NCBI GenBank assembly: GCA_963812135.1
Contig: CAWETU010000001.1
Coordinates: forward strand, 2,306,121-2,370,120
Direction of reading: 5' to 3'
DNA: 64,000 bases
Source: Vulcanimicrobiota bacterium
Lineage (GTDB): Bacteria > Vulcanimicrobiota > Vulcanimicrobiia > Eremiobacterales > Eremiobacteraceae
Under the pieces are notes generated by a model. The model had not been told where the DNA came from, searched no databases, and saw only the letters and a program-made list of their open reading frames with translations. This document shows, in pieces, positions 30,798-43,041 of this stretch. Positions within the stretch are counted from its first letter, which is position 1. Each line of letters opens with the position of its first letter. The translations under genes were made by a program, and so were the position numbers.

Positions 30798-31316
30798 CTA
30801 CAACACGCGGTGGTACCGATATTCTATGTGACCGTCGAGGAATTGCGATGGGGCACTGCCTACGCGCTGAAATTCGAGCACTTCGAGGAGCGCTATTGAT
30901 GCTACATTCTCGACGTCCACGGATGCCACGGCTGCGCGCACTCGATAGTGGACTTTCAAGCCATGAAGCATTGCGGCCACGGCCTCTCGCGCATAGCCCA
31001 TTTTCCAGAACGGCACGAACGTCATGTAGCCGATTAGGGGTTCGAGGTCAAAGAAAGTCGCTTGCACATGGCCGACGTACACCTGATCTTCGCGGCGGCG
31101 TACCGCCCAGTTGAGCTGCGGCAGGCCAGAGCGCGACAACCCTTTGGAATATTGGGCGAACCGCTCGCGCAACTCGTCAAGCGAGCGTGGGAGCCAGTGA
31201 GGTTCGTACCGATACAGGCGCTCGTCAGCGATCATCTCCAACACTAAAGCGGCGTGCGCTTCTGTGATCGGCTCGAGCACGAGGCGACCCGTGTTGAGCG
31301 TGGGAAAAATGCTCAT
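30798..31316 (-). CDS. GNAT acetyltransferase (RimJ/RimL-like)
   Basis: L.T.RL.LEP...IGY....FW..GYAREA...N.ASI.LLE.L.F. Confidence 0.8.
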   Translation of the reverse strand: MSIFPTLNTGRLVLEPITEAHAALVLEMIADERLYRYEPHWLPRSLDELRERFAQYSKGLSRSGLPQLNWAVRRREDQVYVGHVQATFFDLEPLIGYMTFVPFWKMGYAREAVAAMLHGLKVHYRVRAAVASVDVENVASIALLEVLEFQRVGSAPSQFLDGHIEYRYHRVL

Positions 31317-31344
31317 TGACGCGGAGCCCGATGGCTCTCCCATG

Positions 31345-31827
31345 CTACCTTGAGACCATCTCTTTGACGCGCGGGTGCTCGCCTTCCACGGTTTTGATCC
31401 ATTTCGCGAACGGCGGCACTTTCTCGCCGACGCGATAGAGAAAGTAATACGTGCTGATGTCGCCGACATATGAGAAGCGGCGCTTGATATCCGCCGTGAG
31501 ATCGTCGTACGACTTGAACGAGCGCAGGTATTTGGGAAGGCTGCCGAATTCTTTATCGAGCTCAAGTATCGTCTTGGCGTTTGCGATCGTCGCCTTGATC
31601 TTCCGCTCGCTGTGCACGATGCCCGGCGCGGCCATGATGCGTTTGGTGTCAGTCTCTTTGTAGCGGGCGACTTTGCGCGGATCGAAGCCGTCGAACGCCT
31701 TGTGGAGCCGGTCCCATTGTCCGTCGATTTGCGCCCAGCTGACACCGGCCTGGAACACCGCTCGGCTCATCACCGCGAGATAGTCGGCGTGCGCGGGTTT
31801 GTCGATCCGTTCGTGTCCCTTCTTCAT
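31345..31827 (-). CDS. DNA-3-methyladenine glycosylase I-like protein
   Basis: VFQAGVSW..I...W.....AF.GFDP.KVA.Y...PGIV....KI.ATI.NA. Confidence 0.8.
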   Translation of the reverse strand: MKKGHERIDKPAHADYLAVMSRAVFQAGVSWAQIDGQWDRLHKAFDGFDPRKVARYKETDTKRIMAAPGIVHSERKIKATIANAKTILELDKEFGSLPKYLRSFKSYDDLTADIKRRFSYVGDISTYYFLYRVGEKVPPFAKWIKTVEGEHPRVKEMVSR

Positions 31828-31897
31828 GCGACGCAGGGGTTGTTCTGCCAGCGAGCCAACCGACCCGCCTCTACGGGCAACCGCGAAAGGGTCAAAG

Positions 31898-32308
31898 ATG
31901 TTAAAAGTCGAGCCATACCTGTTCTTCTACGGCAAGTGCGAGGAAGCGCTTAACTTCTATAAAGGTATTTTCGGCGGTCAGGTCGTTTCGATCATGCGCA
32001 TGAAGGAAGCGCCGCCCGAAATGCCTGCGCCTCCGAACTGGGCCGACAAGATCATGCACGCCAGCTTCGAGGCCCCATCCGTAAAATTCTTGGCCTCCGA
32101 TGGCCAGCCCGATACCCCGAACGTCGACGGCAACGTCTCGCTGTGCATCCACTCCGACGACGACTCCGAGGGTGCCCGCGTGTTCAACAAGCTTTCCGAG
32201 GGCGGGAAAGTCGAAATGCCGCTCCAGGAGGCGTTCTGGGGAGCGAAGTTCGGCGTGCTCAAAGACAAGTTCGGCATCGAATGGTTCGTGGAGATCGCCA
32301 AGCCCTAA
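31898..32308 (+). CDS. VOC family protein (PhnB-like)
   Basis: PYLFF.G.CEEA..FY...IMHA...MPL...FWG.KFG.L.DKFGI.W. Confidence 0.9.
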   Translation: MLKVEPYLFFYGKCEEALNFYKGIFGGQVVSIMRMKEAPPEMPAPPNWADKIMHASFEAPSVKFLASDGQPDTPNVDGNVSLCIHSDDDSEGARVFNKLSEGGKVEMPLQEAFWGAKFGVLKDKFGIEWFVEIAKP

Positions 32309-32323
32309 TCAACGACTGGAGCG

Positions 32324-33262
32324 TTAATTCGTCAGCGCGAGCCCTCGTGCCAAGTCACCGCTCTGTGTGCTCACCAAGAGCAAGGCGCTCGTCGCTCCGG
32401 TGTAAGGCGGGGCGAAAACCCAGACATCCGAACCCGTCGTCGAGTCACCGGCGACGTACATGTTGCCCGCGGTGTCAAACTTGATGTCCCACATGTTTAC
32501 CGCAGTCGGCGGAGTGATCTTGTGATCGACGGAACTCGCATTGGAGAACGGCGCCTTGTAAACGTCGATCTCTCCGAAGCTCGAGCCGTTCGAGACGTAT
32601 AGGTTGCCATCGGGCCCGATGGCGCAGCCTGAAGCGGCAAACACGCTACCAAACGTGTGCAGCAGCGTGTTGCCCACCGCCAACGGCGCGTATTCGGTGA
32701 TCGGCGCGGTATTGCAGACAAATACGTCATTGTTGGCGTCTGTGGCGACGTCCCCAGGAGACGATACGCCCGAGGTGATGAAGGTCGTTGGCACACTTGA
32801 TGATGTCACGGGAGCCGGAATTACGGCGACCTTGTTGTTGGAAAGGGAAACGTAGAGGTTTCCGGAGCCGTCAAAGACGCAGCCAATCGAGAGGGCGCCA
32901 ACGCCGATAGCGAATGCTGGCGATGACCCGTTTGCGATCGGCTGCGCGAACGCGAGGACGTCGTTAGCGGCATTGGAGTTTTGGGTTACGAAAAGACGTC
33001 CGCTCCCGTCGACACACATGGAAAACGGATAGTTCGGAGTCGATAGAGTCCCGACGACAGGACTGGTCGGCGTTATCGGAAGCGCATAAAACGACGTCAT
33101 GCCGCCTGTGGTCAGCCCATTGGAGACATACAATCTGGTTGCTCCACCTGGTGGCGATGTCGGGCCGCCCGATGGTGATGTCGAGCCGTAGCTGGTGCAA
33201 CTGGCTAACAGCGGTAACGATGCGATGGCAAGCGAGAGAAGCACCTTACGAAGATGAACCAT
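32324..33262 (-). CDS. Beta-propeller repeat lipoprotein
   Basis: Lipobox LLASC; repeats D..G.LYV.....V..PP. Confidence 0.7.
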   Translation of the reverse strand: MVHLRKVLLSLAIASLPLLASCTSYGSTSPSGGPTSPPGGATRLYVSNGLTTGGMTSFYALPITPTSPVVGTLSTPNYPFSMCVDGSGRLFVTQNSNAANDVLAFAQPIANGSSPAFAIGVGALSIGCVFDGSGNLYVSLSNNKVAVIPAPVTSSSVPTTFITSGVSSPGDVATDANNDVFVCNTAPITEYAPLAVGNTLLHTFGSVFAASGCAIGPDGNLYVSNGSSFGEIDVYKAPFSNASSVDHKITPPTAVNMWDIKFDTAGNMYVAGDSTTGSDVWVFAPPYTGATSALLLVSTQSGDLARGLALTN

Positions 33263-33379
33263 ACGATTCTCCTTCAAGCGCCTTTTCGGAGGGAAGCCGG
33301 GCAATAGCCAAAGCGGCCCTTCACTGTTGGGACCTAGTTTATCGTACTACTGCTTTCTTGGGATTGCCTGAGCGCGTGG

Positions 33380-34654
33380 TCAGGAACGCTGGAGCGCTGG
33401 TCCGCGGTGCGGTTCGCATGCGGCGACGCGTTGCTCGAGGAATCGGCGTTCCATCGGGCTTCGAGCCAGTTTGAGGGCGGCTTGGAAATGCTGGCGCCCG
33501 GCCTGCTGGTTACCTTTGCGTAGCTCGAGATCGCCCAGCGCTGCGAAGTAGAACGGGTAACTGCTGAGGCGCTCGCCGTCGGCGATCGCGCGGATCTCTT
33601 CGAGTCCGCGGTCGGGACCTTCGTCTTGCGCGATCGCGATCGCGCGGTTGAGCGCAACGACCGGCGAGGGGCGGATCTTCATCAACGTGTCGTAGAGCCG
33701 AACGATCGCAGCCCAGTCGGTGTCCTCGGGCCGGCGCGCTCGCGTGTGCACTGCGGCGATCGCCGCTTCGACATGGTACTCGCTGAGCTCGGCGCCGGTG
33801 GCGGAACGTTCGAGGAGTTCTTCCCCCCGTGCTGCGAGCGCGCGATCCCAGCGCGAGCGGTCCTGCTCGACAAACGATGTCAGTCCGCCCTCGGCGTCCA
33901 TTCGAGAAGGCAGGCGCGCCGCGTGGAGGTTCATGAGCGCGCAGAGCGCGTACGTCGCCGGCGTCGCTGTGAGCGGGTTCTCTAGAAGCATCGCGCCGAG
34001 CCGCATCGCTTCGCGGCACAGCTCGGCGCGCACGGCCGACTCTGCCGACGCGCCGTGATAGCCTTCATTGAACAAGAGATAGAGCGCGCGCTGGACTGCT
34101 GAGAGGCGAGCGGCGAAATCGTCGTCGGCGAGGTCGAACAGGGTCTTTGAGGCGGCGAGGATCTTTTTCGATCGTGAGATGCGTTTCTCGATCCCGGCGC
34201 GGCCGCTCAGAAACGCGCTTGCGATCTCAGCAGCGGTGAAGCCGCAGGCCAGGTTGAGCACGAGCGCGATCTGGGCTTCTTCTGATAATTGCGGATGGCA
34301 GCACGAGAACATCATGCGCAGCTGATCGTCTTTGATCGCCTGCGCTGCGAACAGTTCTGTGACGGTGGGGACGAGCGTCCATTCGCTCTCGATGGCGCGC
34401 GCGAGGGCGGGTTCGAAGTTGCGCGCGGTGCGTTCGCGCCGCAGCACGTCGATGGCTCGGTTTTTCGCCGTGCGCATCAGCCATGCCGAGGGATTGTCGG
34501 GCATCCCGCGGATGCGCCAGACCTCCAACGCCCGGCAGAAGGCGTCTTGGACGACGTCTTCCGCCAGCGTGAGGTTGTGGAGTCCGAAGATCCGGGTGAG
34601 GGCGGCGACCATGCGCCCCGCCTCGCGGCGGAACAGATGCTCGCCGGGTTCCAT
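33380..34654 (-). CDS. ECF sigma factor, ECF42 type (C-terminal TPR/DUF6596 extension)
   Basis: AED.VQDAF..A...W...G.P.NP.AWL..TA.NRAID; DDQLRMMF.CCHP; YLLFNEGY; QDRSRWD; SPVV.LNRA. Confidence 0.9.
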   Translation of the reverse strand: MEPGEHLFRREAGRMVAALTRIFGLHNLTLAEDVVQDAFCRALEVWRIRGMPDNPSAWLMRTAKNRAIDVLRRERTARNFEPALARAIESEWTLVPTVTELFAAQAIKDDQLRMMFSCCHPQLSEEAQIALVLNLACGFTAAEIASAFLSGRAGIEKRISRSKKILAASKTLFDLADDDFAARLSAVQRALYLLFNEGYHGASAESAVRAELCREAMRLGAMLLENPLTATPATYALCALMNLHAARLPSRMDAEGGLTSFVEQDRSRWDRALAARGEELLERSATGAELSEYHVEAAIAAVHTRARRPEDTDWAAIVRLYDTLMKIRPSPVVALNRAIAIAQDEGPDRGLEEIRAIADGERLSSYPFYFAALGDLELRKGNQQAGRQHFQAALKLARSPMERRFLEQRVAACEPHRGPALQRS

Positions 34655-34986
34655 CACATCTCCATAATGGGGCGAACTTCCACGATGCCACCGGTCTCGA
34701 AGATCGGGCATCCTTTGGAAAATTCGGCCGCTTGCGAGAGATCCTTTGCGGTGACGAGCGTATAGCCGCCGATGACGTCCTTGGTTTCGGCATACGGGCC
34801 GTCAGTCACGGACTTGTCTTTGCGGACGACTTTGCCTTCCGCGTCGAGCGGTTGGCCGCGATCTTTGATGACGCCCTTTTTGCCGAGGTCTTCCATCCAG
34901 GCCATCCAGCGCTGCATCTGTTTCTCGCCCTCGGCGGGTGACGTCGCGCGCACCCCGCCCCTGTAGATGTAGAGAAAATCTGCCAT
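34654..34986 (-). CDS. YciI/DGPF family protein
   Basis: VTDGPYAETKDVIGGY...VEVRP; coupled to ECF42. Confidence 0.9.
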   Translation of the reverse strand: MADFLYIYRGGVRATSPAEGEKQMQRWMAWMEDLGKKGVIKDRGQPLDAEGKVVRKDKSVTDGPYAETKDVIGGYTLVTAKDLSQAAEFSKGCPIFETGGIVEVRPIMEM

Positions 34987-35032
34987 GTTCAATCCTCCTT
35001 GATTGGGCGCCGGTCCGGCACCTCGGATTTAC

Positions 35033-35059
35033 GACGTTTGAGGATGCCCGATCCGGACA
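35033..35059 (-). promoter_or_regulatory. Putative ECF42 promoter TGTCCG-N17-CGTC
   Basis: TGTCCG GATCGGGCATCCTCAAA CGTC upstream of yciI-ecf. Confidence 0.65.
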
Positions 35060-35062
35060 CCC

Positions 35063-35443
35063 TTATCTACCGGGCTTGAGCTGGTGCAGGACGAACTCGT
35101 TGCCCTCGGTGTCGTGCGCGAACGCGAGGAAGCAGCCGGGCGTCTCGTAGATCTTCGCGTCGTCTTCGAACGTGATGCCGCTCGCCTTACATGCTGCGAC
35201 CGCCGCCTTGGCGTCGTCGACAGCGAAGTGGATGCCGCCGCCCTTTTCCCACGTCGCGCCCGGAGGATTGACGATCGTGAAGGTCTCGCCGGTTGGGAAC
35301 GTCCATTCCGAACCTATGCCGAACGTCAGAGTCGGGGCGAACCCGAACAAGTCTGAGTAGAACTTCGTCGCGCGATCGACATCCTTGACGAGGTACGCGG
35401 TCGTGTCGATGCCCTTGATTCCGACCTTGCTTGCAGTTGCCAT
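35063..35443 (-). CDS. VOC family protein
   Basis: V.DV.RA..FY..LFG...I.FAVDD...DTEGN...LH. Confidence 0.85.
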   Translation of the reverse strand: MATASKVGIKGIDTTAYLVKDVDRATKFYSDLFGFAPTLTFGIGSEWTFPTGETFTIVNPPGATWEKGGGIHFAVDDAKAAVAACKASGITFEDDAKIYETPGCFLAFAHDTEGNEFVLHQLKPGR

Positions 35444-35490
35444 TACTTCTCCTACTTTGAGTTGGGCGCCGACTGGCGCCTCAGCAGTAT

Positions 35491-35517
35491 GACGTTTGGG
35501 AAGTCTCGCGACGGACA
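35491..35517 (-). promoter_or_regulatory. Putative ECF42 promoter TGTCCG-N17-CGTC
   Basis: TGTCCG TCGCGAGACTTCCCAAA CGTC upstream of VOC gene. Confidence 0.65.
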
Positions 35518-35536
35518 GCTTTGGCGCGGGACTACG

Positions 35537-36529
35537 TTAAGTTTTGACTTTGGCGCTGACGAAGGCGCGTTTGCAGCCGACCGAGCAGAAATAGTGCTTC
35601 GTCGTACCGACGCGCACGGTGTGGCGGGCGTTTTCTGTTGCGATCTGCATGCCGCAAATCGGGTCCGTCGCCGTCTTGGCGGTATCGCCGAGGAGAGTGA
35701 CTTTGCTCGTCCGGCGTTCGCGTATCATCTCGGCGACGATTGAAAGCGCCACCTCCGGTGCGGTCTTCGCGTTGATGTCGAGGCCCGCAGGATTATGGAT
35801 GACGGCGAGGTTTTCATCCGACCAGCCGCGCGACCGGAGCGCGTCGAGCACGGCAGCGGATCGCGGTCTGCTCGCGACGAGTGCGATGTAGCTTGCTTTG
35901 GCACGTAGCAGCGCGTCGAGGCCGATGTCGTCGTACTCGCCCATCGAGGCGCACACGCCGAACACGCGGCGGTTGCGGAATTTCATCGGGAGCGACTCGA
36001 GCGGACCGGCGAGCGCCTCGGGCGAGGGGCCGATTTTAGCGTCGGCGTTTTCTGTCTCGTCCGGGTCGCGCACGTGCAAGACCTCGAAGCCGGCGAATTT
36101 CGCGGCTTGCGCGGTCGCATCGGCGATCGGCATCGCGCCGATGACGATGAGCGCCGGCAGCGCGGCGTACGGCTCGACGTAGAGATCGAGCGCGCCTTGG
36201 CTGGCGCACGTCATGTTGACGCGAACGTAGTGATCGCCTGCGTCGGCGTCTGCGTCCGGATAGCCGGGCAAACCTGGGATGGCGTCGGGCGAGATGCGTA
36301 CCAGTCTCGGCTCGCCTGTCCGTAACGCTTCGAGCGATTGGGTGCGCAGGATCTCTTGCGAACAGCCGCCGCCGATATAGCCTTCGATCTTGCCGTCTTC
36401 GAAGACGATGGCGGCGTCACCAAGGTGCGATGAGACCGGCGCCTTACGCGCGACGACCGTCGCGAGCGCGAACGGAACTCCCTCGCGCTGCAGCGCGGCG
36501 ATGCGTTGGAGCAGGTCAGGTCGCGGCAT
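35537..36529 (-). CDS. XdhC/CoxI-CoxF family Moco maturation protein with C-terminal YHS domain
   Basis: ALATVV...G.IGGGC; MTCASQG...YVEP; PAGLDI.A.T.PEVALSI.AE; DPICGM...YFCS.GC. Confidence 0.85.
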   Translation of the reverse strand: MPRPDLLQRIAALQREGVPFALATVVARKAPVSSHLGDAAIVFEDGKIEGYIGGGCSQEILRTQSLEALRTGEPRLVRISPDAIPGLPGYPDADADAGDHYVRVNMTCASQGALDLYVEPYAALPALIVIGAMPIADATAQAAKFAGFEVLHVRDPDETENADAKIGPSPEALAGPLESLPMKFRNRRVFGVCASMGEYDDIGLDALLRAKASYIALVASRPRSAAVLDALRSRGWSDENLAVIHNPAGLDINAKTAPEVALSIVAEMIRERRTSKVTLLGDTAKTATDPICGMQIATENARHTVRVGTTKHYFCSVGCKRAFVSAKVKT

Positions 36530-36992
36530 TTGTGTTGGCGGTGGGAGCACCGGTCAGCTTTTCGCGCACCTGCGTGAACACGTACTCGATAATGCGTTTG
36601 GCTTGCGCGTCGAGAACCCGGCCGCCGACGGTGGCCACCGGCCCGCTGATCGTCGCGTCGCACGACCAATCCAGCGTGGTCGTGCTGTCGCCGTTATCCT
36701 TGAGCGTCGCAATCGCGACTTGGTCGACCACGCTGCCCAGACCCGAGCCGTGGATGTTGACCGACACCTGTTTCGCGCCGGCGTTGGGCTCGAGCGTCAC
36801 TTGGAACGTGAAGTTGCCGCGCACCATGCCGACGCCGACCTTCACCACGGTCGTGAAGTGCGTCGCGTCTTTGACGTCCGTCGACACGACGTCCGGCAAA
36901 CACGACGCCACCTTGTCCGGCGTGTTCATGAACTCCCAGACCTTGTCGTACGGCGCCGGGATCTTCTCGCTGCCCTCGTAGTGGACTTTCAT
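36516..36992 (-). CDS. coxG: CO dehydrogenase subunit G (SRPBCC)
   Basis: VW.F...P..VA.C.P...VKVGVG.VRG...G.VA.VG.R. Confidence 0.85.
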   Translation of the reverse strand: MKVHYEGSEKIPAPYDKVWEFMNTPDKVASCLPDVVSTDVKDATHFTTVVKVGVGMVRGNFTFQVTLEPNAGAKQVSVNIHGSGLGSVVDQVAIATLKDNGDSTTTLDWSCDATISGPVATVGGRVLDAQAKRIIEYVFTQVREKLTGAPTANTNAAT

Positions 36993-36998
36993 GCCGCT

Positions 36999-39348
<2,350 letters not shown>

Positions 39349-39374
39349 GGTGCTTCTTCTCCCTTTGGTGTCAG

Positions 39375-39891
39375 CTAGTCGCCTGCAGCGGCGCTTACGG
39401 CCGGCTCATGCGGCGCGGGTTTTTGACCTTGCATCTCTTTAGCCGCGGTCTGCACCGCTTTGACGATGTTCTGATAACCCGTGCAGCGGCACATGTTGCC
39501 TGAGAGGCCGTGGCGGATCTCTTCTTCGCTCGGATTCGGGTTGCGCTGCAGCAGCGCGTGCGACGCCATGATCATGCCGGGCGTGCAGTAGCCGCACTGC
39601 AGACCGTGTTCTTGGTGAAACGCGTCTTGGATCGGATGGAGCTTGCCGCCCTGCGCCATGCCCTCGATCGTGGTGACCTTCTTGCCGTCGGCTTGCACCG
39701 CGAACATCGTGCACGACTTGACGGCTACGCCGTCGACGATGACCGTGCACGCGCCGCAGCTGGTGGAGTCGCAGCCGATGTGGACGCCGGTGAAGCCGCT
39801 GTCTCTTAGAGTAGTAGGCGAGGACTTTGCGCGGCTCGACCTCGTCGGTCGTTTCGGTGCCGTTGACGGTGATCTTCACGGGATGTTTCAT
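39375..39891 (-). CDS. coxS: CO dehydrogenase small (2Fe-2S) subunit; 1-nt frameshift near 39810
   Basis: [12 protein letters not shown]...[23 protein letters not shown]. Confidence 0.9.
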
Positions 39892-40775
39892 GACGTCTTC
39901 CCCATTTTTTTCTCGAGCCGCTCACGCGTCTGCGTGAGGGCGCGCGTCACGAGCACGCGGATCAGATCGCGCTTGAACGCGACGCTGCCGCGCGTGTCTT
40001 CACCTGGATCGCATTCTTTGGCGGCGGCTTGGGCGGCGGCCGCGATGCGCTCGTCGGTGAGCGGGCCGCCGTCGATCGCCTTCTCGGCGTTCTTGGCGCG
40101 CAGCGCTTGCGGTCCGACCGCGCACAGGCCGATGCCTGTGTTCGTGCAGTTGCCGCGTGCGTCGAGCGTGGTCTTCACGCCGGCGGCCGCGGTGGCGTAG
40201 TCGCCGACCTTGCGCTCGATTTTGAGATAGGCGCCTGACGTGGTCGCGTCCGGGATCGGCCACACCGTCTCGGTCACGATCTCGCCGGGTTTGAGCGCGT
40301 TGGTGAAGCTGTCGACGAGGAAGTCGTCGATGGCGATCGTGCGGTTGCCCGTCGCGCTGGTCGCGATGACGTTGACTCTGGCGGCGAGGGCGCAGGCGGT
40401 CCAGTCGGCGGCCGGGTCGTTATGCGCGATCGCGCCGCACAGCGTGCCGCGGTTACGGACGATCGGATCGGCCACGACGTAGGCGACGTCGGCCATGAAT
40501 TTGTACTTTTCGTTGATGAGTTTTGAAAATTCGAGGTCGCTGTGCCGGGTCAGCGCGCCGATCTTGAGGACGCCGCCGTCTTCCTTTATATAGGAGAGGC
40601 CGTCGATCGGGTTGATGTCCACCAGCACCGCGGGTTGCGCGAGCCGGTAGCGCATCGCGGGGATCAGGCTTTGGCCGCCGGCCAGCACGCGGGCGTCGCT
40701 GCCGTGCTCTTGCAGAGCGGCGAGGGCTTCTTTGAGCGAATTCGCTCGGACGTACTCGAAAGCCGCAGGGAACAC
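39888..40775 (-). CDS. coxM: CO dehydrogenase medium (FAD) subunit
   Basis: P.AFEY.R; LAGGQSLIP.M.YRLA.P; ADP.VRNRGT..G..AH.DP.AD; K.ERKVGDYA. Confidence 0.9.
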   Translation of the reverse strand: MFPAAFEYVRANSLKEALAALQEHGSDARVLAGGQSLIPAMRYRLAQPAVLVDINPIDGLSYIKEDGGVLKIGALTRHSDLEFSKLINEKYKFMADVAYVVADPIVRNRGTLCGAIAHNDPAADWTACALAARVNVIATSATGNRTIAIDDFLVDSFTNALKPGEIVTETVWPIPDATTSGAYLKIERKVGDYATAAAGVKTTLDARGNCTNTGIGLCAVGPQALRAKNAEKAIDGGPLTDERIAAAAQAAAKECDPGEDTRGSVAFKRDLIRVLVTRALTQTRERLEKKMGKTS

Positions 40776-40853
40776 GTCGGTCTCCCTTCATGCTCGTGTT
40801 GTCGCGTGGGGATTGGATGAGTTGGAAGCGGTTACGCCTGGGGCCTGCTGTCC

Positions 40854-41417
40854 TTAAGGAGAGTTGCTTGGCTTACCAATCGTTTGGGCCGGTCCGCAGA
40901 CCTGCGTGTCGAGCGTGTGCCAGGTGCCGTCGTCTTGCTGCATCTGCTCGACCGTCTTTGTGAGTCCGCCGCTTAGCGGTGTGCTGATGGCTCGGAACGG
41001 CAGGCTGTTGCTGCGCATCGACACGAGCCCGTCAAACTCGAGCTGCCCCCCGCTCCAGCCGGGTGAGGTGGCCGAAAAGTCCAGACCGAGGAACGTGAAG
41101 ATCGAGGTCTTGATCCAGATCTTGCGCTGGGCGTCGTACCATTGATTTTGGAAGTAGACGTTGTCCGGGTCGTGCGTCACCGCGCGGCGGCCGTCTTGAG
41201 AGAGCTCGGTGACGCCTGTCAGATGGTAGGTCTTGTCTTTGATCGTGAACACGCACTTGAAGGGGCCGAAGTGCACGCGCAGGGCTTGGAAATCCGGATT
41301 GGCGGCGGGCATGGACGGCGCGTCGGCCTGTGCGGTGCTCGCGAAATTGAACATCGCGATCGTCGCGGCAACGGCGAGCGCGATAGGCGAGGCTACCGTC
41401 CGCGGCTCGCGGTTCAT
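40854..41417 (-). CDS. Secreted hypothetical protein
   Basis: Signal peptide; beta-rich; two Cys. Confidence 0.6.
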   Translation of the reverse strand: MNREPRTVASPIALAVAATIAMFNFASTAQADAPSMPAANPDFQALRVHFGPFKCVFTIKDKTYHLTGVTELSQDGRRAVTHDPDNVYFQNQWYDAQRKIWIKTSIFTFLGLDFSATSPGWSGGQLEFDGLVSMRSNSLPFRAISTPLSGGLTKTVEQMQQDDGTWHTLDTQVCGPAQTIGKPSNSP

Positions 41418-41830
41418 TGGTAGCCGCCTGCGATCCGGCTCTGGACGTCGACGAACAACGGCCGCACGTTGTCGTACAGACTCGTGTAGCCGCCTTGTTT
41501 TTTGAGCTGTTCGAGGCTGCGCAGACCCGCCGCGACCGCCTCTTCGGCATGCGGGTCGTCACCCAATTCGTGCAGTGAATATCCGGCGAAGTACAGCCCG
41601 TAGATCGTAGTAGGGTTCTGGACCTTAAAGTCGCTGTTGCAATTCCCGCTGTAGGCGAGCAACTGGTCGGCGATTGCGTGCACGTTCTGCCAGCGCCGAG
41701 CGTCGATCTGCGCGAATCCTTGGCGGATGAGGTTTTGTGAGTACGTAGCGTCGCACGTCGATTCGGCGCGAATGGTTGACGGCACAAGGGTGAGGCAAAG
41801 CGCGAGCGATGCGACCAATGCGATTCGCAT
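41414..41830 (-). CDS. Secreted helical hypothetical protein
   Basis: Signal peptide; ATGA overlap with next gene. Confidence 0.6.
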   Translation of the reverse strand: MRIALVASLALCLTLVPSTIRAESTCDATYSQNLIRQGFAQIDARRWQNVHAIADQLLAYSGNCNSDFKVQNPTTIYGLYFAGYSLHELGDDPHAEEAVAAGLRSLEQLKKQGGYTSLYDNVRPLFVDVQSRIAGGYQ

Positions 41831-41877
41831 TTGTCACATCACGTTAGGCTCGCGCTTGACTTACCCTTTGTGCGTGC

Positions 41878-42261
41878 TCAGTCTTGAAGGATCGACAAGA
41901 TATTTCCTGACGGGTCCTTGAACCAGGCGATATTCGGACCTCTCTTCAGCTCTTTGCCGCGGAGTATGCCTTTTTCATCGGTGGCAATGTCGCCGGTGTA
42001 TTTCTCGAACTTGACGCCTTTGCGCGCCAGCTCGTCGGCAGCCTCATCGATGTCGTCGACCGCGAAGTTCAAGATCGTGAACGAGGCGGGCTGATGGTCG
42101 GGCTTTGGATAGAAGAACACGCTGCCGCCGCCTGGTAGGCGTATCCGTGCGCCGAAGGCTTGGTCTTCCACTGTGAGATCGAGCATTTTGACGTAGAAGT
42201 CTTTGGCTTGCGCTTGGTCGCGCACCGAGAAACCGCTGAATGACGCTTTTGGTTTGAACAT
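41878..42261 (-). CDS. VOC family protein
   Basis: FSGFSV.D...AK.FY...YPKPDH.PASFTILNF.VDDID...GP.IAWFKDPSGNILS. Confidence 0.9.
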   Translation of the reverse strand: MFKPKASFSGFSVRDQAQAKDFYVKMLDLTVEDQAFGARIRLPGGGSVFFYPKPDHQPASFTILNFAVDDIDEAADELARKGVKFEKYTGDIATDEKGILRGKELKRGPNIAWFKDPSGNILSILQD

Positions 42262-42629
42262 CACACTTCCACCAGTCCGACCGTGTTGTCTTCGGGATCG
42301 GCGAAGAGCGCGATCGTGGGTCCGCCGGGAACGGGGTCTGGACCGAAGATGCGCCGGCCGCCGAGGTCTTCCACTTTTTTGAGCGCGGCTTTGATGTCTT
42401 TGACGCCGACGTAGAACGTGACGTGCCCCTCTGAGCCTTCGTAGCCGCCCATGTCGCCGATGCCGCCGTCGATGCCGATGCCCCCGTTGGGGCGGACCAT
42501 CGCGTAGTTCTGTGCGCCGGCGCCGGGTCCGGGGGCGTCGATCTGCCAATCGAATGCGTTCTTGTAGAATTTCTGCAGCGCCGCCGCGTCTTTGCCTACG
42601 ATCTCGAAGTGAACGACGGGGTTACCCAT
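42261..42629 (-). CDS. VOC family protein
   Basis: PVVHFEI.G.D...L..FY...F.W...F.DPE.N.VGL. Confidence 0.9.
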   Translation of the reverse strand: MGNPVVHFEIVGKDAAALQKFYKNAFDWQIDAPGPGAGAQNYAMVRPNGGIGIDGGIGDMGGYEGSEGHVTFYVGVKDIKAALKKVEDLGGRRIFGPDPVPGGPTIALFADPEDNTVGLVEV

Positions 42630-42667
42630 GGTTGTTGCTCCTTTTGCCGTGTGCGGCGGTCTTTGAG

Positions 42668-43012
42668 TCAGGCGGCCGCGCTTGCGGTCACGCCGGTCGG
42701 CGACAGACGGAACACGCGCGAGAGTCCGGTCAGCTCCATCACTCGGCGGATGTGCGGCTGCGATGCCTGCACCCGCACGTCGCCGCCGCGGTTGCGGGCG
42801 AGCCGCAAGGTGGCGATGAGGGCGGCAAGTCCGCTGGAGTTGAGCGTGCCGACGCCGTCGAGGTCGATCATCAGGTTCACTTTACCCGTTTGGACCGTGC
42901 GTGCGAGCTGGCGGCGGGCGAGTTTGCCGCCCGCGTCGTCCAGGTCGCCGACCAGCGCGATGCGCGCGTTGGTCCGGTCGTCGAGTTCGGTGACTTCTAT
43001 TTGCATCATCAT
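42668..43012 (-). CDS. STAS-domain anti-sigma factor antagonist
   Basis: L.GDLD...IDL.GV..LNSSGL..LI...R....GG.V...V.ELTGL. Confidence 0.8.
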   Translation of the reverse strand: MMMQIEVTELDDRTNARIALVGDLDDAGGKLARRQLARTVQTGKVNLMIDLDGVGTLNSSGLAALIATLRLARNRGGDVRVQASQPHIRRVMELTGLSRVFRLSPTGVTASAAA

Positions 43013-43041
43013 CTTCAATCCTTGGGTGGTTGGTTTGTCTT

